A stretch of DNA of 47,447 bases, taken from positions 1 to 47,447 of the forward strand of contig SKHH01000038.1 of assembly GCA_007117055.1 (NCBI GenBank), given 5' to 3'. Source of the stretch: Lishizhenia sp. GTDB lineage: Bacteria; Bacteroidota; Bacteroidia; Flavobacteriales_D; Crocinitomicaceae. The notes beneath the pieces were generated by a model. That model had not been told where the DNA came from. It ran no database searches and was given only the letters and a program-made list of their open reading frames with translations. The position numbers and the translations under genes were made by a program. Position 1 is the stretch's first letter. The number at the start of each line of letters is the position of its first letter. Shown piece after piece: positions 28,217-37,936 of this stretch.

Positions 28217-29164
28217 TTAAAGATACCTAACATTGTATATAACAAAATGGGGTATCGTTCCAAATTGCCACATTAGTAATTTTAATTTAGCTGATTATAG
28301 CTCGATGGGTCAGCATCATTTATTCTCACCTTACCATGTGCTTTACCGCTATAAAAAAAGTGGTGGCTGGTGTTCTTCTTTAACGAAACTTACCTTTCCA
28401 ACTTCAAAGAGTTTATAGGCTTTCAGTGAGTTTCTAACCACCAACCTTTCCACCACTAATTTATGTTGTTCAATGTCTTTAATGAGTATCAGTAATAGGT
28501 TTGATGGGTTTTAAGATAAAAAAAATCAAACTTCCTTTGTTTTGTAAAGTGTTTAATTTTAAAGTTTGTGGTCAGGCGTACAACACACACACCACCATCC
28601 GTTGTGTGTCACTTATCTTTAATCGTACATTTAATTTGTCCGTTTTCTTCTCGAATATTTATATTACTTATGTGTATATTATTTTTCAAAATACCTTTGT
28701 TTTGTAAATGACAAATTAAAATGTGAGTTATTTCACTTTGAGTTAACTCTATTGTTTGTTCAGTTGTTATTTCCATTTTATTAAGATTTTTGTAAACAAC
28801 GTGCCATAAAAGTAGTGGGGCTGTAAACGACTTTAACGTTTGGTTCTGGTCTTATTGATATTGCCTGAATGCATCAGTTTGATTTTCACTAAAATGCCCC
28901 ACTACTCATATGCTTTGTTTTTGGATATAATAAATTACAGAAGTATTAAAGTTAGTGTTTCACAGAAATTACTCTGTCTATTTTTTCTTTCCTTTTCTGC
29001 TCCATGTCTTCAATGAGTTTCAGCAATAGGTTTGATGGGTTTAAAGATAAAAAAAAATTCACACATCTATGAAAATGTATGACTTTTGTTCGCAAATACT
29101 GTATAAACCCATATTGTGTCTATTGACTTTACTGGTATTACAGACATATAATAGTTATGTGCCA

Positions 29165-29416
29165 TTATGTCTTAATGGCATCACCATTCATTTTTACAAA
29201 ATCAAGTTGTAATCCATCTCTGAACCTAATTAAGTAACCTGCTCGCCAATCAAGACCTCTACTTTCAATTTGGCTATCAATGTATTCTTCAATTTCTTTC
29301 TTTGTTGCAAATTGTCTAAATACTTTACCTTCTTTAGTTATTGCTTTATGTCTATAAATTCGTTTCATCATTCTAAAATTAACGGCACATAACAAGGTAT
29401 ATATGTTATACGCCAA
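29165..29416 (-). CDS. hypothetical cassette protein
   Basis: Fills cassette 1; start uncertain. Confidence 0.6.
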   Translation of the reverse strand: MAYNIYTLLCAVNFRMMKRIYRHKAITKEGKVFRQFATKKEIEEYIDSQIESRGLDWRAGYLIRFRDGLQLDFVKMNGDAIKT

Positions 29417-29476
29417 TGAAGTGTTGTACTTAATTTCAAAGTTTACGGTTAGGCGTACAACACATATACCCGACCG

Positions 29477-29722
29477 TTAGCTGTAATTATAAAACCTACT
29501 TTCAAGCAATCTTTCCCATTCAGGTTTAGCCATTTCAGTTTCATATATTTCTTTCAGCATTTCATTTGTTATTTTCAAAGTAGGTTCTTTAAGTCTATAA
29601 TGAACCCGAATTTTTTCTCGTTGCGAATAACCAAGTTTTTTCATAAACCAATAACTACAGTTAACAACAGGTATGGTTAATGCCTGTTCTGTGCTATTTT
29701 CTAAGTTTTGTTTTTTTTTCAT
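29477..29722 (-). CDS. hypothetical cassette protein
   Basis: Starts inside an attC loop and stops in a GTT box. Confidence 0.6.
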   Translation of the reverse strand: MKKKQNLENSTEQALTIPVVNCSYWFMKKLGYSQREKIRVHYRLKEPTLKITNEMLKEIYETEMAKPEWERLLESRFYNYS

Positions 29723-29783
29723 CTGTATTTATATTTTGAAAGTTTTGTGATTCTAATCAGGCACTAACCATACCTGCGGAACG

Positions 29784-30029
29784 TTATGCTCCATTTACAT
29801 ACCTACATACAAATATCTTTAGTTTTCTTATTTCTAAATGAAACGTCCAGATACATTCTATTTCTCTCCAGCTCCAATATTGCTTTTTCTTTCTCCAATT
29901 ATCGAAAACTAAACCAGTATATCCATCATACTCTTTTTGCCAATAAATTTTACCAGAAAAACGGAGCATAACAATGTGTAAAATCCATTGCTTATACTCC
30001 TTATATTGTTTTGTCGTAATTCGTATCAT
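29784..30029 (-). CDS. hypothetical cassette protein
   Basis: Starts inside an attC loop and stops in a GTT box. Confidence 0.6.
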   Translation of the reverse strand: MIRITTKQYKEYKQWILHIVMLRFSGKIYWQKEYDGYTGLVFDNWRKKKQYWSWREIECIWTFHLEIRKLKIFVCRYVNGA

Positions 30030-30087
30030 AGTGCTTTTAATTTAATTAGTGGTTAATTGATAAACGCAACGTATCTTACACTCATCG

Positions 30088-30330
30088 TTATGCACCATTA
30101 GACCTCATCTCTTCAGCATACTTTATCAACTCTTTGCCAATAATTTCAGCTTCTTCACAACTCATATAAAGCATAAAGCTTTTTTTGTTGTCTTCTTCTA
30201 TGCTGTGCATTACCAACCCTGTTTTTTCAGGATTTGGTTCGATTATTACAGACTGCTCTGCATCTGCTGTAAATATCTTAATTTGTTTCCAGCTCATTTT
30301 TTTTAGTTTTAAATTAACGGTGCTTTTCAT
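30088..30330 (-). CDS. hypothetical cassette protein
   Basis: Stops in a GTT box. Confidence 0.65.
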   Translation of the reverse strand: MKSTVNLKLKKMSWKQIKIFTADAEQSVIIEPNPEKTGLVMHSIEEDNKKSFMLYMSCEEAEIIGKELIKYAEEMRSNGA

Positions 30331-30419
30331 TCTATCCCGCCATTATCCCGCCATTTTGGAGAGTTAGCAAGTTTGTGGTAGGCGCACTAACTATATACCT
30401 ACCGCTAGGTACAATAAAA

Positions 30420-30611
30420 CTATTTCAATCGCTTAATCACCTTATTGGTCATTTCACCAAATTGTTTACTTTCTTTTTCTGCTTTTTCTCTCATTTCAGC
30501 TTGCACATCTTTTGGAAGTCTATCACCAAAATGTCCAAGAAGTTCGTAAATTAAAGTACTTCTATTTCTACTCACTTCTGCATCAATCAATGCTTTAATT
30601 TCTTGAATCAT
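30420..30611 (-). CDS. hypothetical protein
   Basis: Follows the repeat at 30676. Confidence 0.65.
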   Translation of the reverse strand: MIQEIKALIDAEVSRNRSTLIYELLGHFGDRLPKDVQAEMREKAEKESKQFGEMTNKVIKRLK

Positions 30612-30706
30612 AACTTTATTCTTTGATTTGTACTACTTGTTTCTGTGGTGTCTAATCCAGTACAAGCCATATTTCCAATGAGTTTCAGGGAGAGGTTTGG
30701 TGGGTT

Positions 30707-31297
30707 TTAAACTAACCTTTTTTGCAAGTGTTCAATCGCTTTCTTAATATATTCCTGCTCCAAATCATGCAATGCAATGGATATTCCACTTCCAAAATTA
30801 ACGGTAGCATTTTCTGCATTACAGAATTCATCGTTTAAATAAAAAGGGATTTGATATTGAATAGCTTCCGCTATATGTGGTGGCTCTATGGTTGAACTTC
30901 CATCCAATTGAGAAATCACCTTAGCAACTTCAATAGTCTTATCATTTTGCTCAATAGAAAATGTAAGCCTATTAGCTGCCGTCTGCAATAAAACATTACA
31001 AGCATCATTTTTAAATTGCTCAGGCTTTTTGTTTTTTCGAGCTGCTTCTACACGTTGGTGTATTTTTTCAATATCTTCATATCGTATGCCATCATTAAGT
31101 TGAGGCTTATCAATCTCAACCAACAAATCACCTTTGTGAGAAAATTTTACTTTTTGATAAAATTCTTTAATGACCTTGTAATCTTCAAATCCAGAAGTGT
31201 AATCTTTTTTGAATACAATTTGTAAAGAAAAATCTCCCAGCAAGGCAATTTCATATGCTCTAGCTAAATTCACAAAATGACCTACAATGTTTTTCAT
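30707..31297 (-). CDS. Mg-chelatase-related (ComM/YifB-like) protein lacking the AAA core
   Basis: IVGH...RAYEIALLG N-terminus and IHQRVEAAR...VAKVISQLDGS...HIAEAIQY C-terminal motif; no Walker A. Confidence 0.65.
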   Translation of the reverse strand: MKNIVGHFVNLARAYEIALLGDFSLQIVFKKDYTSGFEDYKVIKEFYQKVKFSHKGDLLVEIDKPQLNDGIRYEDIEKIHQRVEAARKNKKPEQFKNDACNVLLQTAANRLTFSIEQNDKTIEVAKVISQLDGSSTIEPPHIAEAIQYQIPFYLNDEFCNAENATVNFGSGISIALHDLEQEYIKKAIEHLQKRLV

Positions 31298-31346
31298 GTT
31301 TTCTGTTGTTTCCTTCAATGAGTTATTAGGGAGAGTTTGGTGGATT

Positions 31347-31646
31347 TTACGCAACAATTTTACAGATTGGAATACGTATTATTCCATTTGTTGCAAATCG
31401 AACAGGTGCGCTAATCACATTTGCCGCAACCAACGCCATTAAAACGCCTTTATTTTCAGCGTAATCTTTGATAGCAACTTCATCTTCTGACATTTCAATC
31501 TCAGGAATGTTTACAGATGCCATTGCCATTGGTTCACCCGTTTCTTTAACAGTGAGTTGTATTGCTTTTCTTTTGTTGCGATAAGCAAAGATTTTCACAA
31601 CACACTCTTCGTCTGAAAAAATAACTGTTTTTAATTGCTTGCTCAT
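31347..31646 (-). CDS. DUF4313-like protein
   Basis: GEPMAMASVNIP...IKDYAENKGVLMALV pattern, recalled from memory rather than searched. Confidence 0.5.
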   Translation of the reverse strand: MSKQLKTVIFSDEECVVKIFAYRNKRKAIQLTVKETGEPMAMASVNIPEIEMSEDEVAIKDYAENKGVLMALVAANVISAPVRFATNGIIRIPICKIVA

Positions 31647-31695
31647 ATTTCCTGCTGTTTCCTTCAATGAGTTATTAGGGAGAGTTTGGTGAATT

Positions 31696-32127
31696 TTACT
31701 TGCGTTTATGATAAACGTGTTTGCCGTTTAAATAAACCCACACACCTTTCTTTTGCGTTAAAGGAACAATTAACGACGAATTGCCTGTGTTAATACAAAA
31801 TCCATTATCATCCCAAACTTTTTCCACAAAACCCTCCATTTCGCTGTATGCACAAACGCCAAATCCTAAATGATTTCTATTCTTAGAACTCATTCGTACA
31901 ATATCTCCTTCTTTCATGTTGGGTTGACTTATTTCACGAAACCATTTAAAGGCATATATACCTATAACAGCTATGATAAAAGCGCCAAATTCACTAGCAA
32001 GTTTCATCTTCTCCTGAGTTGCCTCTATCGGACTTGCATCTTTGTAAACCTGAAAGACAACAATACCCAAAAACAATAAAGACAAAACACTACATAGAAT
32101 CAAGTAAAAGATTGCGAAGATTTTCAT
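31696..32127 (-). CDS. membrane protein, 2 TM
   Basis: Two hydrophobic segments; bounded by repeats. Confidence 0.75.
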   Translation of the reverse strand: MKIFAIFYLILCSVLSLLFLGIVVFQVYKDASPIEATQEKMKLASEFGAFIIAVIGIYAFKWFREISQPNMKEGDIVRMSSKNRNHLGFGVCAYSEMEGFVEKVWDDNGFCINTGNSSLIVPLTQKKGVWVYLNGKHVYHKRK

Positions 32128-32180
32128 TTGCTTTTTTATTGTGTTTTCTTTAATGAGTTCAAAAATAAGTTTGGTGGATT

Positions 32181-32420
32181 TTATTCTTCTTTTATTTCTT
32201 TGGATAATCTATATTCCACTCGATAAAGGTCGCTTACATCATCACTCTGTAGTGACCCTTCACTCATTTCAATAAAGTGAACACCCATTAAACTGACTGT
32301 CAAATATCCATAAACACCATGACGTTTAGTGTAAATAGGTTCTTTGTATTCAATCTCTTCCAAAGGATTATTCAAATCAAACAATATGCACTTAAACTGA
32401 GAGGTGTTATTATTTTCCAT
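32181..32420 (-). CDS. hypothetical protein
   Basis: Start moved to after the repeat. Confidence 0.7.
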   Translation of the reverse strand: MENNNTSQFKCILFDLNNPLEEIEYKEPIYTKRHGVYGYLTVSLMGVHFIEMSEGSLQSDDVSDLYRVEYRLSKEIKEE

Positions 32421-32486
32421 TTTGGAATTTGTGTATAGATATATCCAATGAGTTTCAGGGAGAGGTTTGGTGAGTTTAAATATACA

Positions 32487-32517
32487 AAAAAAACCCCTCA
32501 TTTCTGAGGGGTTTTTT
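32487..32517. terminator. Bidirectional intrinsic terminator
   Basis: A-tract CCCCTCA-tttc-TGAGGGG T-tract. Confidence 0.8.
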
Positions 32518-32538
32518 CATGTTAAAGCAAATGGCTTA

Positions 32539-33048
32539 CTATTTTGCCCAGGGGTAGGTTGCTCGTTTAATCAGCTTGGCTACAGGTACGTTCGTTCCAT
32601 TGTTAGAACCACATTCGGCACTGAAACCTGCTGTTAGGTCTGGATTAGGCGCATCCGAAGCATTGTGATTGGCTGAACTTACAGTAAAAGCATTGGTAAC
32701 GTCGAAACATAAAAAACCAATATTCGGACTGTATGGCAACTGACTGTTGAATAGAACGTTTGGCGATAAGTTGTAAATATTGTCGACATTAGTGGGCGAG
32801 AAGCCAATATTTGGCGTTTCAGGCACAGGTAGGTCTGCAACTTTTGCAATCGCTTTTGGCAGTTCAATGGCAACATCTAATTGGTTGGTCGGACTGTACT
32901 CAAAAGGTACAAAGACTTCCAAGTCGGGAATGTAGTCATCCACACACAGGACTTTCTGAGAGGTGTCTACAACATCGGGGTTCGCTGTCGCTCCGAAGCT
33001 AACAGTCAAGAGTGCAAACATGCACAAAATTGAAAACAGGTTTTTCAT
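32539..33048 (-). CDS. putative secreted protein
   Basis: Signal peptide MKNLFSILCMFALLTVSFGATA; repeated (Y/F/L)SPxN motifs. Confidence 0.7.
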   Translation of the reverse strand: MKNLFSILCMFALLTVSFGATANPDVVDTSQKVLCVDDYIPDLEVFVPFEYSPTNQLDVAIELPKAIAKVADLPVPETPNIGFSPTNVDNIYNLSPNVLFNSQLPYSPNIGFLCFDVTNAFTVSSANHNASDAPNPDLTAGFSAECGSNNGTNVPVAKLIKRATYPWAK

Positions 33049-33138
33049 AAAAATTAAACTTTAAAGGTTATGACCAATATCGGTCGAGTTAAACTGTTTG
33101 AGGTCTACAATGAGTTGTAGTTTTGTGTCTGGTGGTTT

Positions 33139-33318
33139 TTAGCGGTAAATTGGTTTGTACTTTTCCTTTCGGCTGTACTTTCTCTTACCCTGAGCTTCAC
33201 CGCGAACGCTTGAATCCATCATCATCTGGTGGTGCGCTGAACGTGAAACTTTAAGGTTAATTTCTCGCTTTTCATCCGAAGAAACAATTTGAAACTTTTT
33301 GTTCTTTTTACGTGACAT
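33139..33318 (-). CDS. small basic protein (59 aa; below the ORF-track cutoff)
   Basis: MSRKKNKKFQIVSS...GKRKYSRKEKYKPIYR*, lying between two repeats. Confidence 0.65.
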   Translation of the reverse strand: MSRKKNKKFQIVSSDEKREINLKVSRSAHHQMMMDSSVRGEAQGKRKYSRKEKYKPIYR

Positions 33319-33400
33319 ATCGTTTTCTGTTATTCTCCTACAATGAGTTTACGTATCTCGTTTGGTGGGTTTTAACGAAAAGAAATTATTTATACTATTA

Positions 33401-33426
33401 TACGTATGAAAAACAAGAAAGTTTCA
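33401..33426 (-). promoter_or_regulatory. ECF-type promoter TGAAAC-N16-CGTA
   Basis: Exact SigW-type consensus. Confidence 0.65.
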
Positions 33427-33610
33427 TAAACCTGACAATATTAAATCCCTACGATAAATTATACGACATAGAGTTAACATACAATGAGTTTATAAATCTC
33501 GTTTGGTGGATTTTAATGAAAAAAAATAGTTTATTCTTAAAACCCCTAAACTCAAATATTGGACTCATTCCCTACGGGAAGCTATATCTTGTAGGGAGAG
33601 AAAGGTTAAC

Positions 33611-33643
33611 AAAAAAAAGAACGGGTTTTTAGCCCGTTCTTTT
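33611..33643. terminator. Bidirectional terminator
   Basis: A-tract GAACGGG-ttttta-GCCCGTTC T-tract; near-identical copy at 44344-44371. Confidence 0.8.
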
Positions 33644-33665
33644 AACTTTCTGGCAAAGGGAGAGG

Positions 33666-34373
33666 TTAGTCTTCTAAGTGAATTTCCATTCCATCTATGC
33701 GTACCCATTTAATGTTAGATAGTTTGACGGTGCGAAAGTAGAACTCCAGTTCTTTAAAGTCGTCTGTATTTGCCAATCGGTTTGCGGTCGCTTTGTGCTG
33801 TTCGGCTAATTCTAAGTTACCCTCAGCTTCTGCTTTTATTGCGGCTTGCATAGCTTTATTGAACATACTGTTTTTGACCGTATTTTTTTTGGTCTGCAAT
33901 CCTGAAGGTCGAAAAAACTCCTCACTCCTTGCATCTTCACGACTAATAGGTTCACCTTTGTGAAAGTATTGAACCTGTGGTGTATTGTGCTTTTCTGCTA
34001 TAAAAACGAGGTAAGCATTTTCAGCTGTCCACTGAGCTGGTTCGTCCTCTACTTTTTTAGAGAAACAAATTGCACGATTTTTATCATAATCAGGGTAAAA
34101 ACGCCCTAATGGTGCTTCTAATTCCCAATCAAAAGTAATTCCATTGCGTTCTAAGTTGCGGTCTACTTTCCCTTTGTACTTAGTTCCAATGGTCGCCAAA
34201 GTGCGAACACTTTTTTGTAGCTTGTGACGCTTTCCATCAAATTCAGGATAGTTTTTGTCAGTTCGTGAATCACCCTCATTCACAAAGTAGCTTATGAAAG
34301 AAAAAGTGTTAGCATTTTTGCTAAACTGCATAAACTCCATAAACTTGGCGCGGGTCATTTTTGTTGTCTTCAT
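33666..34373 (-). CDS. hypothetical protein, paralog of 44400..45092
   Basis: Shares EFDGKRHKLQK, YDKNRAICF and LEFxFRTVKLSN with the paralog. Confidence 0.85.
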   Translation of the reverse strand: MKTTKMTRAKFMEFMQFSKNANTFSFISYFVNEGDSRTDKNYPEFDGKRHKLQKSVRTLATIGTKYKGKVDRNLERNGITFDWELEAPLGRFYPDYDKNRAICFSKKVEDEPAQWTAENAYLVFIAEKHNTPQVQYFHKGEPISREDARSEEFFRPSGLQTKKNTVKNSMFNKAMQAAIKAEAEGNLELAEQHKATANRLANTDDFKELEFYFRTVKLSNIKWVRIDGMEIHLED

Positions 34374-34471
34374 AATGTTTTGTTTGTTCTGAAATTAATG
34401 AGTTACCTTTCGGTGTTTGGTGGATTTTAAGAAAAAAAATATTGGAGAAGGTTTTACCCTCCTCCAATTGT

Positions 34472-34750
34472 TTACAAGGTCTTAATACGTGAAATTAAAA
34501 CACCTTTAACACCTATCTTTTTAAGGCGTTGAACGCAATATTTCATAACGTCCAGACCTGCTTGTTGTGCTTCGTATTTCACCAAATAAGGAAACGAAAT
34601 AGGACGCATAATTTCATAATACACCTGTTGAAATCGCTCGTTATCGTTCCGAGCATCAATAAATTCGCTCAACAAGTCAATAACTATGAGTGACATTTTT
34701 TCCTCGTGTGCATAGCGCATTTGCTTTAATTCTTCTTCGTTGTAAAACAT
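34472..34750 (-). CDS. hypothetical protein
   Basis: 92 aa with a downstream hairpin. Confidence 0.7.
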   Translation of the reverse strand: MFYNEEELKQMRYAHEEKMSLIVIDLLSEFIDARNDNERFQQVYYEIMRPISFPYLVKYEAQQAGLDVMKYCVQRLKKIGVKGVLISRIKTL

Positions 34751-34913
34751 ACGTATAAATTTAAATGGTTATGTATGTATAACGACCGCACATCTAAAAC
34801 TTAGACAAGAAAAAGACAAAAAAAACAACTTTTTTTTCAATGGACGTTAAAATCTAACAAGACACAGTTATCCATAAAGAATGAGTGTTCTTTTTTAGTT
34901 TAGTGGATTTAAC

Positions 34914-34950
34914 AAAAAAACCCCGATACATTTCTGCATCAGGGTTTTTT
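34914..34950. terminator. Bidirectional terminator
   Basis: A-tract CCCCGATACA...TGCATCAGGG T-tract. Confidence 0.65.
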
Positions 34951-34967
34951 TGTTATGGAAACTAACT

Positions 34968-35300
34968 TTATTCTACTTCTTTGAAATCCGAAACATCAAT
35001 TCCCAGGTTTTCTAGCTTGGCTACAATAGCTTGAGAAAGCTCAAAAACACCATCGTAATCAACTAATACACCATCGGTGAACCAAAGACCGCCAGAAGCA
35101 TACCATGCGTTTCCTCCTGTCTTGACATCTGAAATTTCGAAAGTTCCGTAATCTTCATTTTCGAGTTCTACTGAAATATCCAGTTCAACATCGTGTTCTT
35201 TGTTAATAACTGCATAAGCTGTTTCAAGTGAAACGTGCATTTTTTCTTTCCAAACTTCTTTGTGAGGAAAGCTAAGTGTTTTGTTCGTTTTTTTCTCCAT
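34968..35300 (-). CDS. hypothetical protein
   Basis: Start moved to the +6 ATG. Confidence 0.75.
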   Translation of the reverse strand: MEKKTNKTLSFPHKEVWKEKMHVSLETAYAVINKEHDVELDISVELENEDYGTFEISDVKTGGNAWYASGGLWFTDGVLVDYDGVFELSQAIVAKLENLGIDVSDFKEVE

Positions 35301-35325
35301 GCAATTAATGAGTGCAAGAAATGAG

Positions 35326-35691
35326 TTAAGTGGAAATAAGAATGAAATCTTCTTGTGTTTCCTTGATGCCATTTAAGATAATAGGACAGGTAGAGTTGAT
35401 GTTCTTAAAGAAACGTGGCGCACTACTTCCTTTTTCATCTTGAAAAACCACAAACCAGTAATAGCCACCCTTCCAAAAATGAACGTTAACACTATTGACA
35501 GTATAAACTTCCCCATTGCGCAAAAATTTCTTGCCATACAATTCATGAGAAACTACACGTCCGTTTTCTCCTAAATGCATATTCAGAGCAAAACAATATC
35601 TCTTGCTTCGTAAGCCCTCTTTTGCTCTGGCTCTTACAACATTAGAATAATGTTCTTCATTAAAACGAACTCCGTTGGGCAACTGTTTCAT
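35326..35691 (-). CDS. hypothetical protein
   Basis: Bounded by repeats. Confidence 0.8.
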   Translation of the reverse strand: MKQLPNGVRFNEEHYSNVVRARAKEGLRSKRYCFALNMHLGENGRVVSHELYGKKFLRNGEVYTVNSVNVHFWKGGYYWFVVFQDEKGSSAPRFFKNINSTCPIILNGIKETQEDFILIST

Positions 35692-35695
35692 ACCT

Positions 35696-35830
35696 CTAAT
35701 GAGTTTTAGTTTCTCGTTCGGTGGTTTTAACGTTAGAAAATTTACGATGAAGTTTTCGAGCAGCTTTATAGGCTACTAAATCAAAACTTCCATCAGGTCG
35801 ATAAAATCCTTGAGTACTTGGTTCCTTCAT
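35696..35830 (-). CDS. small hypothetical protein
   Basis: +6 ATG; reads through the next repeat. Confidence 0.55.
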   Translation of the reverse strand: MKEPSTQGFYRPDGSFDLVAYKAARKLHRKFSNVKTTERETKTH

Positions 35831-35962
35831 GTTTACAATGAGTTCAAAAAATAAGTTTGGTGAAAATAACAAAAAAACCAAAGCCTGCCAAAAATGACAG
35901 GCGATGGTGAAACATAAACACACAAAACAATGAAAAATAAACAGACAAACAAGGTTAATGTT

Positions 35963-36196
35963 TTAATTTTTTTGCCTTTGCAATTGACAGATATGCTGAA
36001 ACCTTTTGGTAGATAGTTCATTGTACCTTTGATAGGTAGCATCTTCCTCCATTTCTTTTGTGACAACCAATGAAAAAGCTCCTTGAAATAATTCTCGTTT
36101 CAAAAGAGCCAACTCAAATGCCTCATCTAAAGTAAGACCCGTTTTCAATAAACTCGCTGAATTAGCACGTTGTAATGCTTGGTTAATTTTTTTCAT
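35963..36196 (-). CDS. hypothetical protein
   Basis: Start moved to the +6 ATG. Confidence 0.7.
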   Translation of the reverse strand: MKKINQALQRANSASLLKTGLTLDEAFELALLKRELFQGAFSLVVTKEMEEDATYQRYNELSTKRFQHICQLQRQKN

Positions 36197-36245
36197 GACT
36201 CCAATGAGTTTTAAGTAAGAGTTTGGTGGATTTAAACAATTATGA

Positions 36246-36668
36246 TTAAAAACCACTTGACACAGCAACCACTTTAATATGGTTTTTAATGTCTTCCAAA
36301 GCGATTTGAACACGTCTTCCGTCCTGAACGGTTGAGTAGTGCCCTTGTTCCTCGAAACGCGCCACAAACGCTTGTATTTCGCTTTCAATTTCTTCTTCTC
36401 GAAAATTCTGCTTATCCATTCGGATGTCAAACCCATCGGGCGACAAGATTCGGTGTTTTTGTACGTTGTCCATTTGACAGAAGCGAACTTCACGTACTTC
36501 TGTGCCATCATCGAGTTTGATGCCGTCAATTACGTCGATGTAGAACGGATAAAGGTCTTGCGCATCACCTGTATCCAAGTTGGTAGTTTCGAGTGCTAAT
36601 AGGTCGTTTTCGTCAAGGTGTTTGATTGCTTCACGAAGTTGACCGATAGTTAAAATCTTTTGTACCAT
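36246..36668 (-). CDS. hypothetical protein
   Basis: Bounded by repeats. Confidence 0.8.
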   Translation of the reverse strand: MVQKILTIGQLREAIKHLDENDLLALETTNLDTGDAQDLYPFYIDVIDGIKLDDGTEVREVRFCQMDNVQKHRILSPDGFDIRMDKQNFREEEIESEIQAFVARFEEQGHYSTVQDGRRVQIALEDIKNHIKVVAVSSGF

Positions 36669-36731
36669 AACTGTTGTTGTGTGCTTTTTTTGTTCGACTA
36701 CAATGAGTTTATGGGGAGAGTTTAGTGGGTT

Positions 36732-36995
36732 TTAACACTCCAATAAAGACAAAATATATACTCCATCATCAAACCCAAGTTCTGAAAAAGGATACGATTG
36801 CAAATCCCCTCCAAGGTCTTCAAAAATGACCTCTTTCTCCAGAGATACGCCAACTATGGTATTATTGGCTTCATCAGTAAAACTGTTCTCCAAATTAAAA
36901 CAACCTCCTTCTTTTTGGCTAAGCTGTTCGTTGATGGATTCCGTCAGTTTTGACTTGAGTGCTTGAAACTCTTGGGATAATTTAGTGCTATTCAT
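36732..36995 (-). CDS. hypothetical protein
   Basis: Bounded by repeats. Confidence 0.8.
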   Translation of the reverse strand: MNSTKLSQEFQALKSKLTESINEQLSQKEGGCFNLENSFTDEANNTIVGVSLEKEVIFEDLGGDLQSYPFSELGFDDGVYILSLLEC

Positions 36996-37030
36996 GCTTT
37001 CAATGAGTTTAAAGGGAGAGTTTGGTGGGT

Positions 37031-37849
37031 TTAAGAAAACGCTTTTTTAATTGCTTTATTATTCACTTTCGCATACTCATTAATTGCCGTTTTTAAGTTC
37101 ACATCAAAATAACAGCTTTCGAGATTTGCGTAAATTTTTGCTAATTCTTCAGACAAACCGCGTGAACGAAGATAAAAAATCTTATCCTTGTTGCGTGAGG
37201 TAAATAAAGAACGAACTTTTACAACTCCTTTCAATGACTTGTTTTTTATGTAATCTACATACTCATTAATGTCCACAATTTCGTACTCATAAGGTGTTAC
37301 ATAGACTTTTTGCGTTTTAGTTCTCCAATACCATACTTCATACGGTTGAAACCCAATTATCGCCAATATAGAAGCCTTTAAACTCTTAGAACGTATTGAA
37401 CTTATATCTTCTAAGGTGTTACCCTCCAAAGTCTTATTGATTGATTTTAAAAGACGTTCGCTTTGAGAAATGTAGTTGTCTTGCAACTTGATTTTTCGCG
37501 TTGCCTTTCGAGCAAAATGAATTTGGTATCCATTTTCTGTCCTTACTTTAATCCAAGCGCCTTTGCCATTTTCCAATTCTTTTTCGGGTGAAGGAAAATA
37601 GTTTGAAAAGTCAAACATATCCAAATTGCTCAACCAAAAATCTTCTTGCTCCTGAGTGAAATCTAAGCCTTCTATATGCTCATCAAAAAGGTCTTGTGGT
37701 GTAATTATTTCATAGGAAATAGCATCAATCAATTGCTCAACTGTTTCAAGTCGATGACCAGTACGTAAAAAGTACAAAGAAGAAAATGATTTGAAAGCAT
37801 CTGACTTTACAAATCTTTCAATTATTGTGCTGTATTTTTTGAAATCCAT
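37031..37849 (-). CDS. hypothetical protein with a SufB/SufD-like C-terminal motif
   Basis: DKIFYLRSRGLSEELAK. Confidence 0.7.
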   Translation of the reverse strand: MDFKKYSTIIERFVKSDAFKSFSSLYFLRTGHRLETVEQLIDAISYEIITPQDLFDEHIEGLDFTQEQEDFWLSNLDMFDFSNYFPSPEKELENGKGAWIKVRTENGYQIHFARKATRKIKLQDNYISQSERLLKSINKTLEGNTLEDISSIRSKSLKASILAIIGFQPYEVWYWRTKTQKVYVTPYEYEIVDINEYVDYIKNKSLKGVVKVRSLFTSRNKDKIFYLRSRGLSEELAKIYANLESCYFDVNLKTAINEYAKVNNKAIKKAFS

Positions 37850-37936
37850 GCCTATTTTGTTTGTTCTGAACACAATGAGTCTTGTGCAGGTGTTTAGTGG
37901 ATTTAAGAAAACACTTTTACACCAATAGATTAAACC

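Larger units (their letters stand above)
29154..30096 (+). mobile_element. Integron-type cassette cluster (CALIN-like) with attC-like sites at 29384-29485, 29656-29792 and 29963-30096
   Basis: Cassette ends are complementary (GTTATGTGCC/GGCACATAAC, GTTAGCTGTA/TACAGTTAAC, GTTATGCTCC/GGAGCATAAC), with long imperfect inner inverted repeats. Confidence 0.8.

Noticed and set aside
34781..34806. Additional ECF-type promoter upstream of 34750
   Set aside because: CGTT is present, but the -35 position reads GTCTAA without the AAC core.
37031..37849. Functional sufB/sufD gene
   Set aside because: Only a short C-terminal motif matches; there is no beta-helix core and no suf operon.
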